Origin: Azolla caroliniana
Lineage: Eukaryota; Plantae; Polypodiophyta
Reading direction: 5' to 3'
DNA: 64,000 bases
Assembly (NCBI GenBank): GCA_043228905.1
Contig: JBHGNT010000002.1
Location: 4,464,001-4,528,000, forward strand
The notes under the pieces are model-generated. The model worked only from the letters and a program-made list of their open reading frames with translations, had not been told where the DNA came from and did no database searches. Position numbers and translations under genes: made by a program. The number at the start of each line of letters is the position of its first letter. Position 1 is the first letter of the stretch. Shown one piece after another: positions 11,852-22,823 of this stretch.

Positions 11852-14800
11852 TGTCACGGACATAGACGAGGACAAGGACAAGTAGGTGAGCTCAATATTA
11901 ACAAAGAGAGAAAGATAGATATATAGATAGAGAGGAGCATAGACAAGAGAACAAGAGAGAGAGAGGGTAGACAAAAGAGTGAGAACTAAATTATGCTTCC
12001 GTAATTGGTGTTGTTCACCTTGATTGTAATCAAGGTCCACCGAAGTATTTATACAAGAATGTAGCTCAATTGGTAAGGTTGCCCAATAAGACCAAGAGGT
12101 CAAGGGTTCAACCCCCTACATTCCATCGTGTCTATGACATTATCCTCCCTCTAAGGTCGCCTCCCAGGACTTGTGGCTGGAGTATGTGGGTATCATTGAT
12201 GAAAATCGCGAATGGCCTCCGGAGCATTTTGTAAATGTGTAATTGGTTCCCATGTGGCGTCCGAAGGGTAACCTTTCCATAAGACCAAATATTGGAGCTA
12301 TCGACGACGATATCAAGTGTCGAGGATTTGGTCAACCTCATATTCTTCGCCCGTCGACAATTCCACGAGTGGCGGTGGAGGAGGGTGTCGTCCTGGAATT
12401 CGAGAAGGATGGTAGAGTTCGAGGAGAGAAACGTGAAAAACATCGTGAATCCTGAATGTCGGAGGAAGTGCTAACCGGAAGGCGACTGGGTTGATCCGCT
12501 CGATGATACGAAAGGGGTCTAGCCTTTTGTTGTCCAATTTTGCACAAGGACGTGTGGTGGCGATGTGACGACGTAACAACCAAACCATGTCCCCAATTGC
12601 AAACGTCGGTGCACCTAAGAGATGTCGGTCCTCTTGATCTTTATAGTGGTCACTAGCAACACGGAGCTCCAAGGAGAGGTCATGATGGACATCGTGTAAA
12701 GCGCGGGCACGCGTCTCTGCCGAAGGATTGACCGAAGTTGCAGGTATGGAAATGCTGAAACGAGGGTGAAATCCATAGTTTGCAAACAAGGGGGAAACCT
12801 TAGTCGAAGCATGGATACTATTATTGTAAGCAAATTCCGCCATTGCAAGCAAGTCCACCCAATCCTCCTATTGGTAGCTCACGGTACACCAAAGGTATTG
12901 TTCGAGGATTTGGTTGACTCGCTCCGTTTGTCCATCGGTTTGAGGATGGTATGTTGAGGACAAGTTGATAGAAGTCCAAAATGTATATCTCATTACATAC
13001 CCCATAGGGGGTTTATATAATACATCTAATGTAATGGTTACATGACCATTATAAATAAGACCGTTACACATTCTTGTACACATGCACATAATTGTGCATG
13101 TGTCCATACACATACTCATCATCACACACTCATTTACTTTACACACACACACATCAACCACATCATTACACATACCCTTATGCCTCCTCGTATATTCTTA
13201 TGGGTAACAATGTCCTGTGACACAACGGGCACGGAAGTGACCACGCTAGAATCGGCCACAACGGAATCGGCAACATCGGAGACTGAGTTGAAATCAGAAG
13301 AATGTGCACCAAAGCTGAAAGCAGCCCCCACACAAGTAACAGTGTTTGTGGAAAGGGCTTGCGCTAATGTTTGTGGAAAAGTGATGGAGCGGCTACACCA
13401 ATCCACCATCAGATTGCGTGTTTCCAACCATGAGAGACCTAAAACAATCGGATGACGAGGGGTTGCAATGAGGTAGAATGTTAATACCTCCTGGTGGAAC
13501 CCGACTTGAAATACCAACAGGATAGTGGCTTTGGTAACCGCCCCTGAAGAGAGAACTCATTCTTCGATAGCTTCAACGGATATGGGTTGTGTTGTGCGGA
13601 CGGTTGGGATTTTATGTGCTCGGACGAACGTGATATCGATGAAACAAGTAGATGCACCAGAATTGAGCAAGGCATGGGATTTTATTGAAATAGACCCAAA
13701 ACAAAGACTTACTTGCAAAGTAAAACCTCCTGCTGGGGTGACTGAATTGTAGGAGCACGAAGAACTAGGGCGATGAAAAGTGTCCAGCGGCATGGCTCCT
13801 ACTGTAGCCGGACTTGCTCGTTTTCCTGTTGTTCAGAAACCTCCACAAGATGTGCACGGTCATTTTCTTGTTGTCGAGAAACCTCTGCAAGACGTGCATG
13901 GTGGGATTGATGACGAGGGTCGTGCATCGAGCAGTAACGGATGACATGGACAGGGGTACCACAATAGAGGTAGAGGCCATTGTCACGTCGATGTTGCCAT
14001 TGGGCATCGGTTAATGGTTGGAACCGAGCATGGTCGATCTCCATTGGGGTACGGGGATCGACCTCCATCGGGGTATGAGCACTATTGGAAGATGGCAACC
14101 GTGGCAAGTTTGGCGAAACTGATATATATGGCCTTGTGAGTGGAGCATTGCGGGAGAAAGATGGAATACCTCGAGTCCCTCGTTCCTCTTGTCAAAGCTC
14201 AAAAAGACAATTATCACATTGAACGGCTTGGGAGATTACCTAGAACAATGATGTGGGATCCGAAAAGTTTAAGAGAAGAGTCTTGATATCATTTCGGAGG
14301 CCTCGACGAAACTGGTCACATAAAGCTTGCTCATCCCAGTTGACATCGCACGCGATCTGATGAAACTCTGAAGCATAAACGGAAGCTGGACAAGAGCCAT
14401 GTTGTAAGGAATAGAGTTTCGTGAGTGTCATTCGTCGTTGATCTGTCTCTCCGAATGTGGCTTCAAGCTCCGCAAGGAAGGCAGGAAAGTTGTCTAGGAG
14501 GGGTGATGAGGTCTCGATCAATGGTGCAAACCACGCTTGTGCCGGCCCAGAGAGAAGGCTGCCAACGAGGCCGACCCAAGAGAAATCATTAGCATAACGT
14601 TGGGGTTGTAAGTGGATGATAAGCTGAATTTGATTGATGAAGCCGCGAAGATGCGCCCTCGAGCCGTTGAATTTGTCAAGTAGGTTGACGTTAGGTTCGA
14701 GGACATATGAATGGGAAGAGGAAGGGGTTGGGTTAGATGCTGATAGAAGGTGAGGCTCAACGGGTGAAGGATTGTTGGTTGTGCTATTTTGAAGCTCTCG

Positions 14801-15362
14801 AAATGACTGACAACGGCTTTCATTTTCTAATTGAAGTTGCTCCAAGGCTACCATTACTTGGTTTAAGGCCGAGTTGGACATGGTAAAAAGAAGGGAAGGT
14901 GAACAAACATCACGGACGTAGACGAGGACAAGGACAAGTAGGCGAGCTCAATATTAACAAAGAGAGAAAGATAGATATATAGATAGAGAGGAGCATAGAC
15001 AAGAGAACAAGAGAGAGAGAGAGGGTAGACAAAAGAGTGAGAACTAAATTATGCTTCCGTAACTAGTGTTGTTCACCTTGATTGTAATCAAGGTGCACCG
15101 AAGTATTTATACAAGAATGTGGTGGTATGCATGTAAGCTAGGAAACATCTAGAGAATGCATGGAAACTTCTAGAGAGTGCATGTATATGCATTCTCTAGA
15201 AGTTTCTTGAAAGTTCTAGTGATTAACTTACAATGTAATAAGTTGAAACTTATACAATATAATCTATAATGCATAGATGGAAGGTAGCTCAATTGGTAAG
15301 GTTGCCCAATAAGACCAAGAGGTCAGGGGTTCAACCCCCTACATCCCATTGTGTATATGACA
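11852..15362 (-). mobile_element. Internally deleted Tcn1/Tf1-like chromovirus B with both LTRs and a TSD
   Basis: LTRs 11852-12139 and 14908-15362; TSD AGAGG (11847-11851, 15363-15367); PPT AGAGGGAGGATAA. Gag 14240-14881, zinc knuckle, protease HALLNSGASTCFID, integrase end [14 protein letters not shown] and chromodomain EEYEVDQILD. RT and RNase H are missing. Confidence 0.92.
15278..15349 (+). other. tRNA-like Pol III module in U3 of element B (second copy at 12057-12126)
   Basis: A-box TAGCTCAATTGG, variable loop GAGGTC, T-arm AGGGG-TTCAAC-CCCCT, partial acceptor stem; anticodon arm broken. Confidence 0.7.
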
Positions 15363-16939
15363 AGAGGTGCAACTTGGGCTAGGAGGCGATTGCCAATATG
15401 TGAAACTAAGAAGGTTCGGTATTTGCGTTGTGTTGGCATGACTTTGACTTCAAGGGACTCAAATGTTACATGTTGCAAATATTGTGGCTTAGATTTTGTC
15501 ATCATCCCCACATGAGCCATAATCTCTGATTACGTGTGTGTTTAGATTTCATCTTTAGTTTTAAGCTTTAACATAACTGTAATTTGAAGCTTTAAGCTTT
15601 AAGTTTTAAGTTGATTTGTTAAATTTTGAAGCTTTGAGCTTTTAGTTGATATGTTATTTGAAGCTTTAAGTTTTAAGTTTGTGAAATTTTTGAGTTTTAA
15701 GTTAAAATTTTTGTGCAGTTGGATGTTTTTTATTTTTAGAGGAATTTTGGTGTAAGATTTTGATGGAAAAATTTTGTTTTATACTTAGAATTTCTTGAAT
15801 TTTTTTATTTTTGAGTTAGGCTCCTGCCCTAAGTCGACCGGGCTCCCGGTGACAAAGGTTATCAGAGAGTTGGGCTCTTGATGATAGAGGCTGTCAACTT
15901 TTTTTATGGCGAACTTTTTTATTGGTTAGATCGGACAATGCATATTGCACGCACCATGCATCATCCATGGCCGCGATTCCCTTGCCAAGCCTCTTTGTGA
16001 TTTGGTAGCAGTTAGAGACGAGCTACACATACACATATATACACACATACATACATACAATTAGTAATGAGGTTAGTCATTATCATTCGGATCTAGACAT
16101 CACACATTAATGTTGCACATTTTTGTCATATTTATGGACAATAATTTGACATTTAACCAAGGTAATTGCCCCTATTCAAACTAGAAACCAACCAACATAT
16201 TATGATTTCTCAATCAATTACAGACATTGTTTTCCTTTCATTTCTTGAAGTATTGCTACCTTCAATGGTTCACCCCCAAACTACCACCCTATGCACAAAA
16301 TTTTCTTACAACATCGTAACATATTGATTTTCCCAATTTATCAGTCTTATTTATGGTTAAATTGAAATTCGCATATGTAAATATTGAGGGCTTTATGTAT
16401 GTGAGAGTAGTGAAATTGCATGGTGCATGATTGGAATTTACAATGAAACTTGACATTTGCAATTATTACAAATGGCAGTTTTAATTATGACATTTGCCTG
16501 AGACATTCAATTAGTGATTAGCTTAGTGCATATAAAAAAACAAACACTCTTTTATAAAATTTATCATCTCATTGTGTGCATTATCCTAATGACATGTACA
16601 AATACGGTAGTAATAAAGTCAAATTGTGACATTTACTTATTGTACAATAGAAAGTTATGTGTGGTATTGTGATTGTTAAAGCAAAAGTGCACATAATTAT
16701 AAACTATCTAAAACATCCATAGAAATTATCATGAGGTGTTGCAAAGTATTATCACGTGTTTCTGAGAGAGAATTACTTAAAATGTGGAACCATTAATGGC
16801 ATCTCATTCATCAAAGAGGGTTTAACCTAATTTAAGTGACCTACCGTAGTTTTGTCCAAACATTTTGCTTTTTAAAGTTTGGCAGTGCCTATTATTTTTT
16901 ATGGTGATGTTGCTCTTCATGAATATAACATCGTTGCCT

Positions 16940-17296
16940 TCATTGAGCATTTTGAATATATGACAAAGCAATAAAAGTGTGCATAGTGGCACCAACGAGT
17001 AGTACATCTTCATCGATGAAGAAGAGGGGGGAATGCCCTGAGTGGACAGCTCCGCAAGTATCATTGTGCATGCCCAAGAAGTAAAAAGCACCGGGAATGT
17101 TTTGTGTGTAGAAGGAGAAATCCTCAGAGCCCATTATAGGTTTCATAGGCACCAGGTTCTTCTCACCTACTACATCTATTGCCACCTTCCTAACATGTTC
17201 AATCAACTTTGCATCGTTAACAATAGGTGGAACCTCGTCCATTTGGAAATCTACTTGCGCGTGGCATCTTTGTACATCAGCTTGTTTCTCTATTAC
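16940..17296 (-). CDS. ILL: ILR1-like exon 5
   Basis: [11 protein letters not shown]...GSEDFSFY...HSPLFFIDE...NAQ stop, 357 nt. Confidence 0.95.
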   Translation of the reverse strand, partial: VIEKQADVQRCHAQVDFQMDEVPPIVNDAKLIEHVRKVAIDVVGEKNLVPMKPIMGSEDFSFYTQNIPGAFYFLGMHNDTCGAVHSGHSPLFFIDEDVLLVGATMHTFIALSYIQNAQ

Positions 17297-20200
17297 CTAC
17301 AAAAGGGGGGGGAAATGACACATTTTAAAAGAACATGTCACTTTTTAAGCATTTCATTAAAACAAGACATTACATGAAAACACATTATGTATTACATTTC
17401 CGTTTAGTTGCAAACAATTGTTTAAAAACTACGTAGATAAGTGAAATGTTAGTGGTCACTGGTATCTATTCATCAATTCTTAATAAACTACTCCTGCCCA
17501 ACGTCCCATCGAATATGGCGGGGGGTTGGCCGCTTGTTGCAATTATGCCAGGTGCAAGGTTCAATCAAGTGGGGAAATATATGTTGGCTATCATGGCAAG
17601 CTGCAATTGGCGGATACGAGCATCAAGAGGAGGGGATGACTTTGGTGATAAAAGCACAAGAGGTCCTTTTATCCTCCAGCAGCAATGTCCACTCCATTCC
17701 TCTTAATGACAAATCTCAAGAGGTGCTGGAATTGGTTAGCCCAATAACCCTTTGGATTCTATAGAAACTACGATGTAGGCGAGTCTTCTCCAACCAAACC
17801 GCCCATCCAACAAGGTTACTGCAAGAGATATGGAGTGAAATTGTAGCCACTCGGAAGAGCCAATATGATGGCCTTAAGGGCGGCTCTAAGGGAGTTGAAA
17901 GACAACGCATAGCCTTCATCCAACAATGGTCGTCCTCTCCCTTTCTTGAGTCAGTGGGCATCCACATAAGATGGAACTATCGCGTCCCTTTAGGGATTTG
18001 TACATAATCGTCTCATTTGTAAAATTTTATAACTAATGGAAGGAGTTTTTTTTTTTGAAAAAAAAAAGAAGAAAAAAAAAAGGGAAAACCAAGTAGAGAA
18101 CTTGATAAACTATATTTAGAAGTTATTTGTAAGTAAATGTTGTTCATTTTAATATTACACCCCCCCTAAAGAGACTATCAAAAAACACGCACAACAATAA
18201 ACAAAATGAAAAATGTTCCTTGAATCGAAAAGCTAACATGACATTAATTCACATTTAATTGGGAATTATGCTTAATATGATATAATGTCACAAATTGAGA
18301 CAAATTTGAATCATAATAGTAGAACATAATTTGCTCCTTTTTTTTTTATATGTTATGCCAAGGAACATACCTCTTGAATTCTTGCCTTCAACATTTCCAA
18401 GTTCTCATGTGTAAATGCTCTAAAGGTACCACGAATTACAACTGTGTCAGGAATTACGTTATAAGTTGTGCCACCTTCAATCATTGTCACAGACACCACC
18501 TGCAATCACATGAAAAACTTGTGGTTATAAAAAAGATTTTTGAAAGATTCATGCAATTTTCCAATGAAGTAAGAAATTACGAGAATATTCACCAAATTTT
18601 ATGCTAGAGTTTGGAAAACGTGAAAGAGCAGCTGAAATTTCTTTACTTTTTATGGATTTTTAATTACTCTATTAGTTCTTCATACCATTTTTTGCTTCCC
18701 TAGTAGAAGATATTTGACATTTCTGTGACATTTTAAATATTTCTCATCAAAAGTTGGTCTAAATTGGATGTATGTATGTCATATCATTTTTGTGTTCTTA
18801 ACATCAAATAAGATTGGTTTTATATTTTACAAACCAAGTTTTTTTTAACTCGTATCACCCACATTATACACGACTTTCTTTTAAATTTGTATAAGGAAGT
18901 TTGATTTATAAGTTACCTTAATTACTTTTATCAGAATAGATAAAAGACTCCTATCAAATAGTAGAAAAGAAGTAGAAACATTTTATGAGGTTGCTATAGA
19001 TGTCTTAGAATATGAACCTGTGAATCTAAAGGGTTAGTCTCTCGAGATATCAAATGTTGCAAGCTTAACACAATAGAGGATGTCGCAACAATAGGATCAA
19101 CTGAATATTGGGGAAGTGCAGCATGTCCTCCTTTACCAGTGATTGTAGCTTTAAAGAATCCACATCCTGCTAAACTAGCTCCAGGCCTGACACCAACAAC
19201 TCCTATTGGTTGTGCATGTGTCACATGCAAACCAAAAATGGCTTCAGCCTCTCCGAGAGCACCTTCCTCTACCATCTTCTTTGCTCCTCCTCCCCCTTCT
19301 TCAGCAGGTTGAAAGATCAATATAACAGTTCCCTACTTGTAACCAATCAAAGATTCATTAGTACATACTCAAATGTATATGTCAACAATAATGCATGATG
19401 TAGGTCTAATGTGCATCTCGTATGAAACTTACCTGAAGCTTCTCAACACGTCTTTGCAACAAATTTGCAGCACCAAGTAGCATTGCAACATGAGCATCAT
19501 GCCCACAAGCATGCATTTTTCCAGGAACTTTACTTTTGTGCTTCCATTCCACAGCTTCCTAAACATTGTGAAAAGTTAATGTGACCGAACTACGCATATT
19601 GATACAAAGAGAGCAAAATCACACAAACTTATAGTCATACATACATGTATATGTGCCTAGTCATTATTGAAAAGCTATTAAAAGTGAACTATAAGATATA
19701 GAGAATGGATGAGATTATTTAGAACGGATTAAAGTCATGAAATGTGATCAATCTTCCTACATAAGTTAACAACTTCAAATTCCTTCCTAAAAATTCGCTT
19801 TTCAAGCAGATGATGGGACCCACCAAGTCCCTACACATTCCAAGAGAAAAGTTTCATTGACTTGGGTTCAAAAGAAGAGCCAAGGGGGATTCACCCTCAC
19901 TCGACAAATATGTCGTCATCATACTCCATATGTTTTCCCACTCCATTCCAATTTCCCATTTTTTATCAGTGGGTAATTCACCACAATGGAAGTGGAACTA
20001 ACCAGGATTTAGCATAAGATCATGCACCCTACATATGCAAACCAAGGGAACACTCCTAGGGTACCAAACATAGAGGTAGGTGCTGAATTGTGAAGAGATT
20101 GGAGGGTGTCTTTGCTTAATGTGGATTGTCTAAGGCTCATGTTGAGGGGAGTCTGTCGAGTAATTCTGTGATGAGGCTTTGTTGCTTCATTTATACATGA

Positions 20201-22823
20201 TGTTTTCTTGTAGCCATTGCAAAATGGCTTGTAACATATGAGTTATATACTATCCTATGTACATTTTCTTAACTAATGGAAGAAGATTTTTTTTTGGAAA
20301 AAAAATAAAAAAATATCATGTTAACTTTAACTCATATCCTAATGAAAATGGAGTCCTTTTCTAAATGTTTATGCGTGTTGAAGTCAAATGAAGCATTTTA
20401 TTTCGATCATTTAAGGGAACTTTTAATGCATGTTGGTCAAGCTATACCAAAGAGTTGCAAGGTCCTACAATTTCAAAGAATCATTTCAACATCTCATATA
20501 GATTTTTTCATAACAAACAATATGAAGGCTTTTAGGAAATCTAAAATTCTCAAAGTTGCTTGCACAAGTCTCGATTTATTGTAGTTAAAACGATTATGAG
20601 TCATCAAAAAGACATGGGAACACAAGAATACATGGTACCATGCTCATAGTTTCTTGCCATAAACATCACGTGAGTTCAGCCTCACATCCAAATGCTTAGA
20701 AAGTAGAATTTCTCCTTCAAATACTATAGAGATGCACAACAAGCCAAACATCACAAGATTAGAAAAACCATTGGGTGAACGTGGGTTTTGGAGACAGTGC
20801 ATCTTTATTAGACATAAAAAAGAAACTCGGGTCTATCAAGAGACTGTGGTAAAATAGAACACTAGTAAAAATTTAATATTGGATAATATTTATGTCTAAC
20901 AAATTGTTAGGTTTAATTAAAAGTTTAAAATATACATGCTTTGTACTAGGAGAACTTAGGCTTACGTCATAGCTTAACAAGGAGATTAACACAAACCAAT
21001 GAGTTCTTGATATGCAAAAGACTTGTACAATTTAAAGAAGATGGTATTCAAGAAACTAAAAAGTGACCATGATTAGTTTGAAAATATGCCAAGGTTTCCA
21101 AAACTAAAAACACGATAAAAACAAGGATACAACCGTTGCGTGGGGTGGCATGGGTGGCCAATATAAAACTTGTCTACATAATTAGTGAAGACATTATTCA
21201 ATGAATTAAATACTGAAAAAGTTGTTCAAGGATGTAATGGTAAAAGCTTACACAACACATGATTTGTATAGATGGAGAGAAGGAACTATAGGATTTGGGT
21301 GGTTTAATAATGCAAACGATATTCAAAAAAATGATAAAAAAGCCCTAATACTAAAGGTAATCATACTTGTATTCATTCTCAAAACTAACCATTTTCTTGC
21401 TATCAAATCCACAAACACTATGTGTCATGTATATTGATAGCATTATCATTTTTATTCCAATGGTAACAAAACCACACGTGAAAGACTTTATCTTTATCCA
21501 ATTTGGTTTGGTTAAAGGTTCAAATTTTGAAAACACTTCAATTTAAAGTTTGGTTTAGCTTGGGGGATCAAGGTTTTGTTTGAAGCCTTATGGCTTACAG
21601 GTTTGTGTGGTCTTTTTTAAATATTAAATAAATACGCAAAAATGTATTTTGAACTAACAATCGACAATAATTTCATTCAAGCAAAAAGCAAACCGCCATT
21701 AACCATGGTTGGTAGACCTCTTGCATGTTTTAATTGTTCAATCTTGAGAATCCCTTGGATGGTTTGTACTATGTTTTAATTTGGATATACCACCAAGTTA
21801 GGGGGTAATGTTTTTGTTCCTATGGTTTGAGTTTGTAACTTCCAAAGCAAGCCAAATTAAGTCAATTTGAATTGTTACATATATGCATGAATTAAAATTT
21901 GAAAGGAATTGTTCAAAGAATGTATGTATGTATGATAGTAAAGAATTGTTCAAAGAATGTATGCATTGAAGGACTACTAAATTTTAAAATAGTAAAACAC
22001 ATGTTAAAGGAGGTTAATTATATTTCTAAGACTTATGGGGACAAGAATATGCATAGATCAAGTGATATACAAATCATCACAAACATCCATCGTGTTCATT
22101 CAGACTTGTTTTAGCTTAAGAATGAGACGAGCCAAATACCTGGATGGGTAAGGCGTCCATGTCGGCTCGAAGGGCTACAAAGGGGGCATTGCCAGTGCCA
22201 ATGTGAGCAACGACACCGGTGCCTACAACAGGCCAACGGTAGTGCACCCCAAGTTGGTCAAGCTCACGTCGAACAACTGCACTTGTTTCCCATTCCTCGT
22301 ATGCAAGTTCGGGCTTCTCGTGAATCTCTCTACGAATGGATCTCATCCACTCGACCAATCCCAACTCCTCCATATCCTTACGCATCGAAGTCATGTCTAT
22401 ATTGAACGTATTGACCTTCTTAAGTATATTATGATCCACACAATTAGGCTCTAGTATTGAGTCCTCCTTTTGAGTCATGACCTTGTCACTATCATTATTG
22501 TTACTACTACTAATCATGGCATAAATATTGTTAATACCATCTCCAATTATGTCAGAGTCATGATTCTTCCTCATTATGCTCTCTTCATGAATCACATCAT
22601 TATTGTCCTTATGTTCATCTTGATTGAAATCATTACTCCTATAATATGATGGTTCTTGTCCATATAATAAGTTAATTGCATAGGCTCCTGCATAGGTGTT
22701 AGTGTGCAAAAAACTTAGTGAATCATATCTCCCATTAGCATGGGGCCCTTGCATATCCATTACTACTACTATTACTGCAACAACTAATCCCATCAAAATG
22801 GCCACCATATAGGCCATTGTCAT
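16940..22823 (-). CDS. ILL: IAA/JA-amino acid conjugate hydrolase, ILR1-like (peptidase M20D), 5 exons, 536 aa
   Basis: Exons 22823-22140, 19558-19433, 19332-19018, 18499-18371, 17296-16940; all GT-AG, all phase 0, 1611 nt in total. Motifs [43 protein letters not shown]. Hydrophobic N-terminal segment. Exact paralogue not assignable. Confidence 0.95.
17490..18081 (+). mobile_element. 5'-truncated LINE 3' end in intron 4 (5' border approximate)
   Basis: Remnant [12 protein letters not shown] resembles the W.IWK.RN...F motif of L1 ORF2 C-termini; ends in a poly(A) tail. Confidence 0.6.
18371..18499 (-). CDS. ILL: ILR1-like exon 4
   Basis: [20 protein letters not shown]...RIQE, 129 nt. Confidence 0.95.
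19018..19332 (-). CDS. ILL: ILR1-like exon 3
   Basis: [13 protein letters not shown]...NPLDSQ, 315 nt. Confidence 0.95.
19433..19558 (-). CDS. ILL: ILR1-like exon 2
   Basis: [31 protein letters not shown]..., 126 nt, AG/GT borders. Confidence 0.95.
19810..20313 (+). mobile_element. Probable 5'-truncated retroposon 3' end in intron 1 (5' border approximate)
   Basis: Same terminal motif as the intron 4 copy (AACTAATGGAAG, T-run, A-tail). Confidence 0.45.
22140..22823 (-). CDS. ILL: ILR1-like exon 1
   Basis: ATG at 22823, ends ...ADMDALPIQ, donor GTATTT. Confidence 0.9.

Noticed and set aside
15278-15349. Functional tRNA gene
   Set aside because: Anticodon stem does not pair, D-stem and acceptor stem are imperfect, and it is duplicated as part of the LTR.
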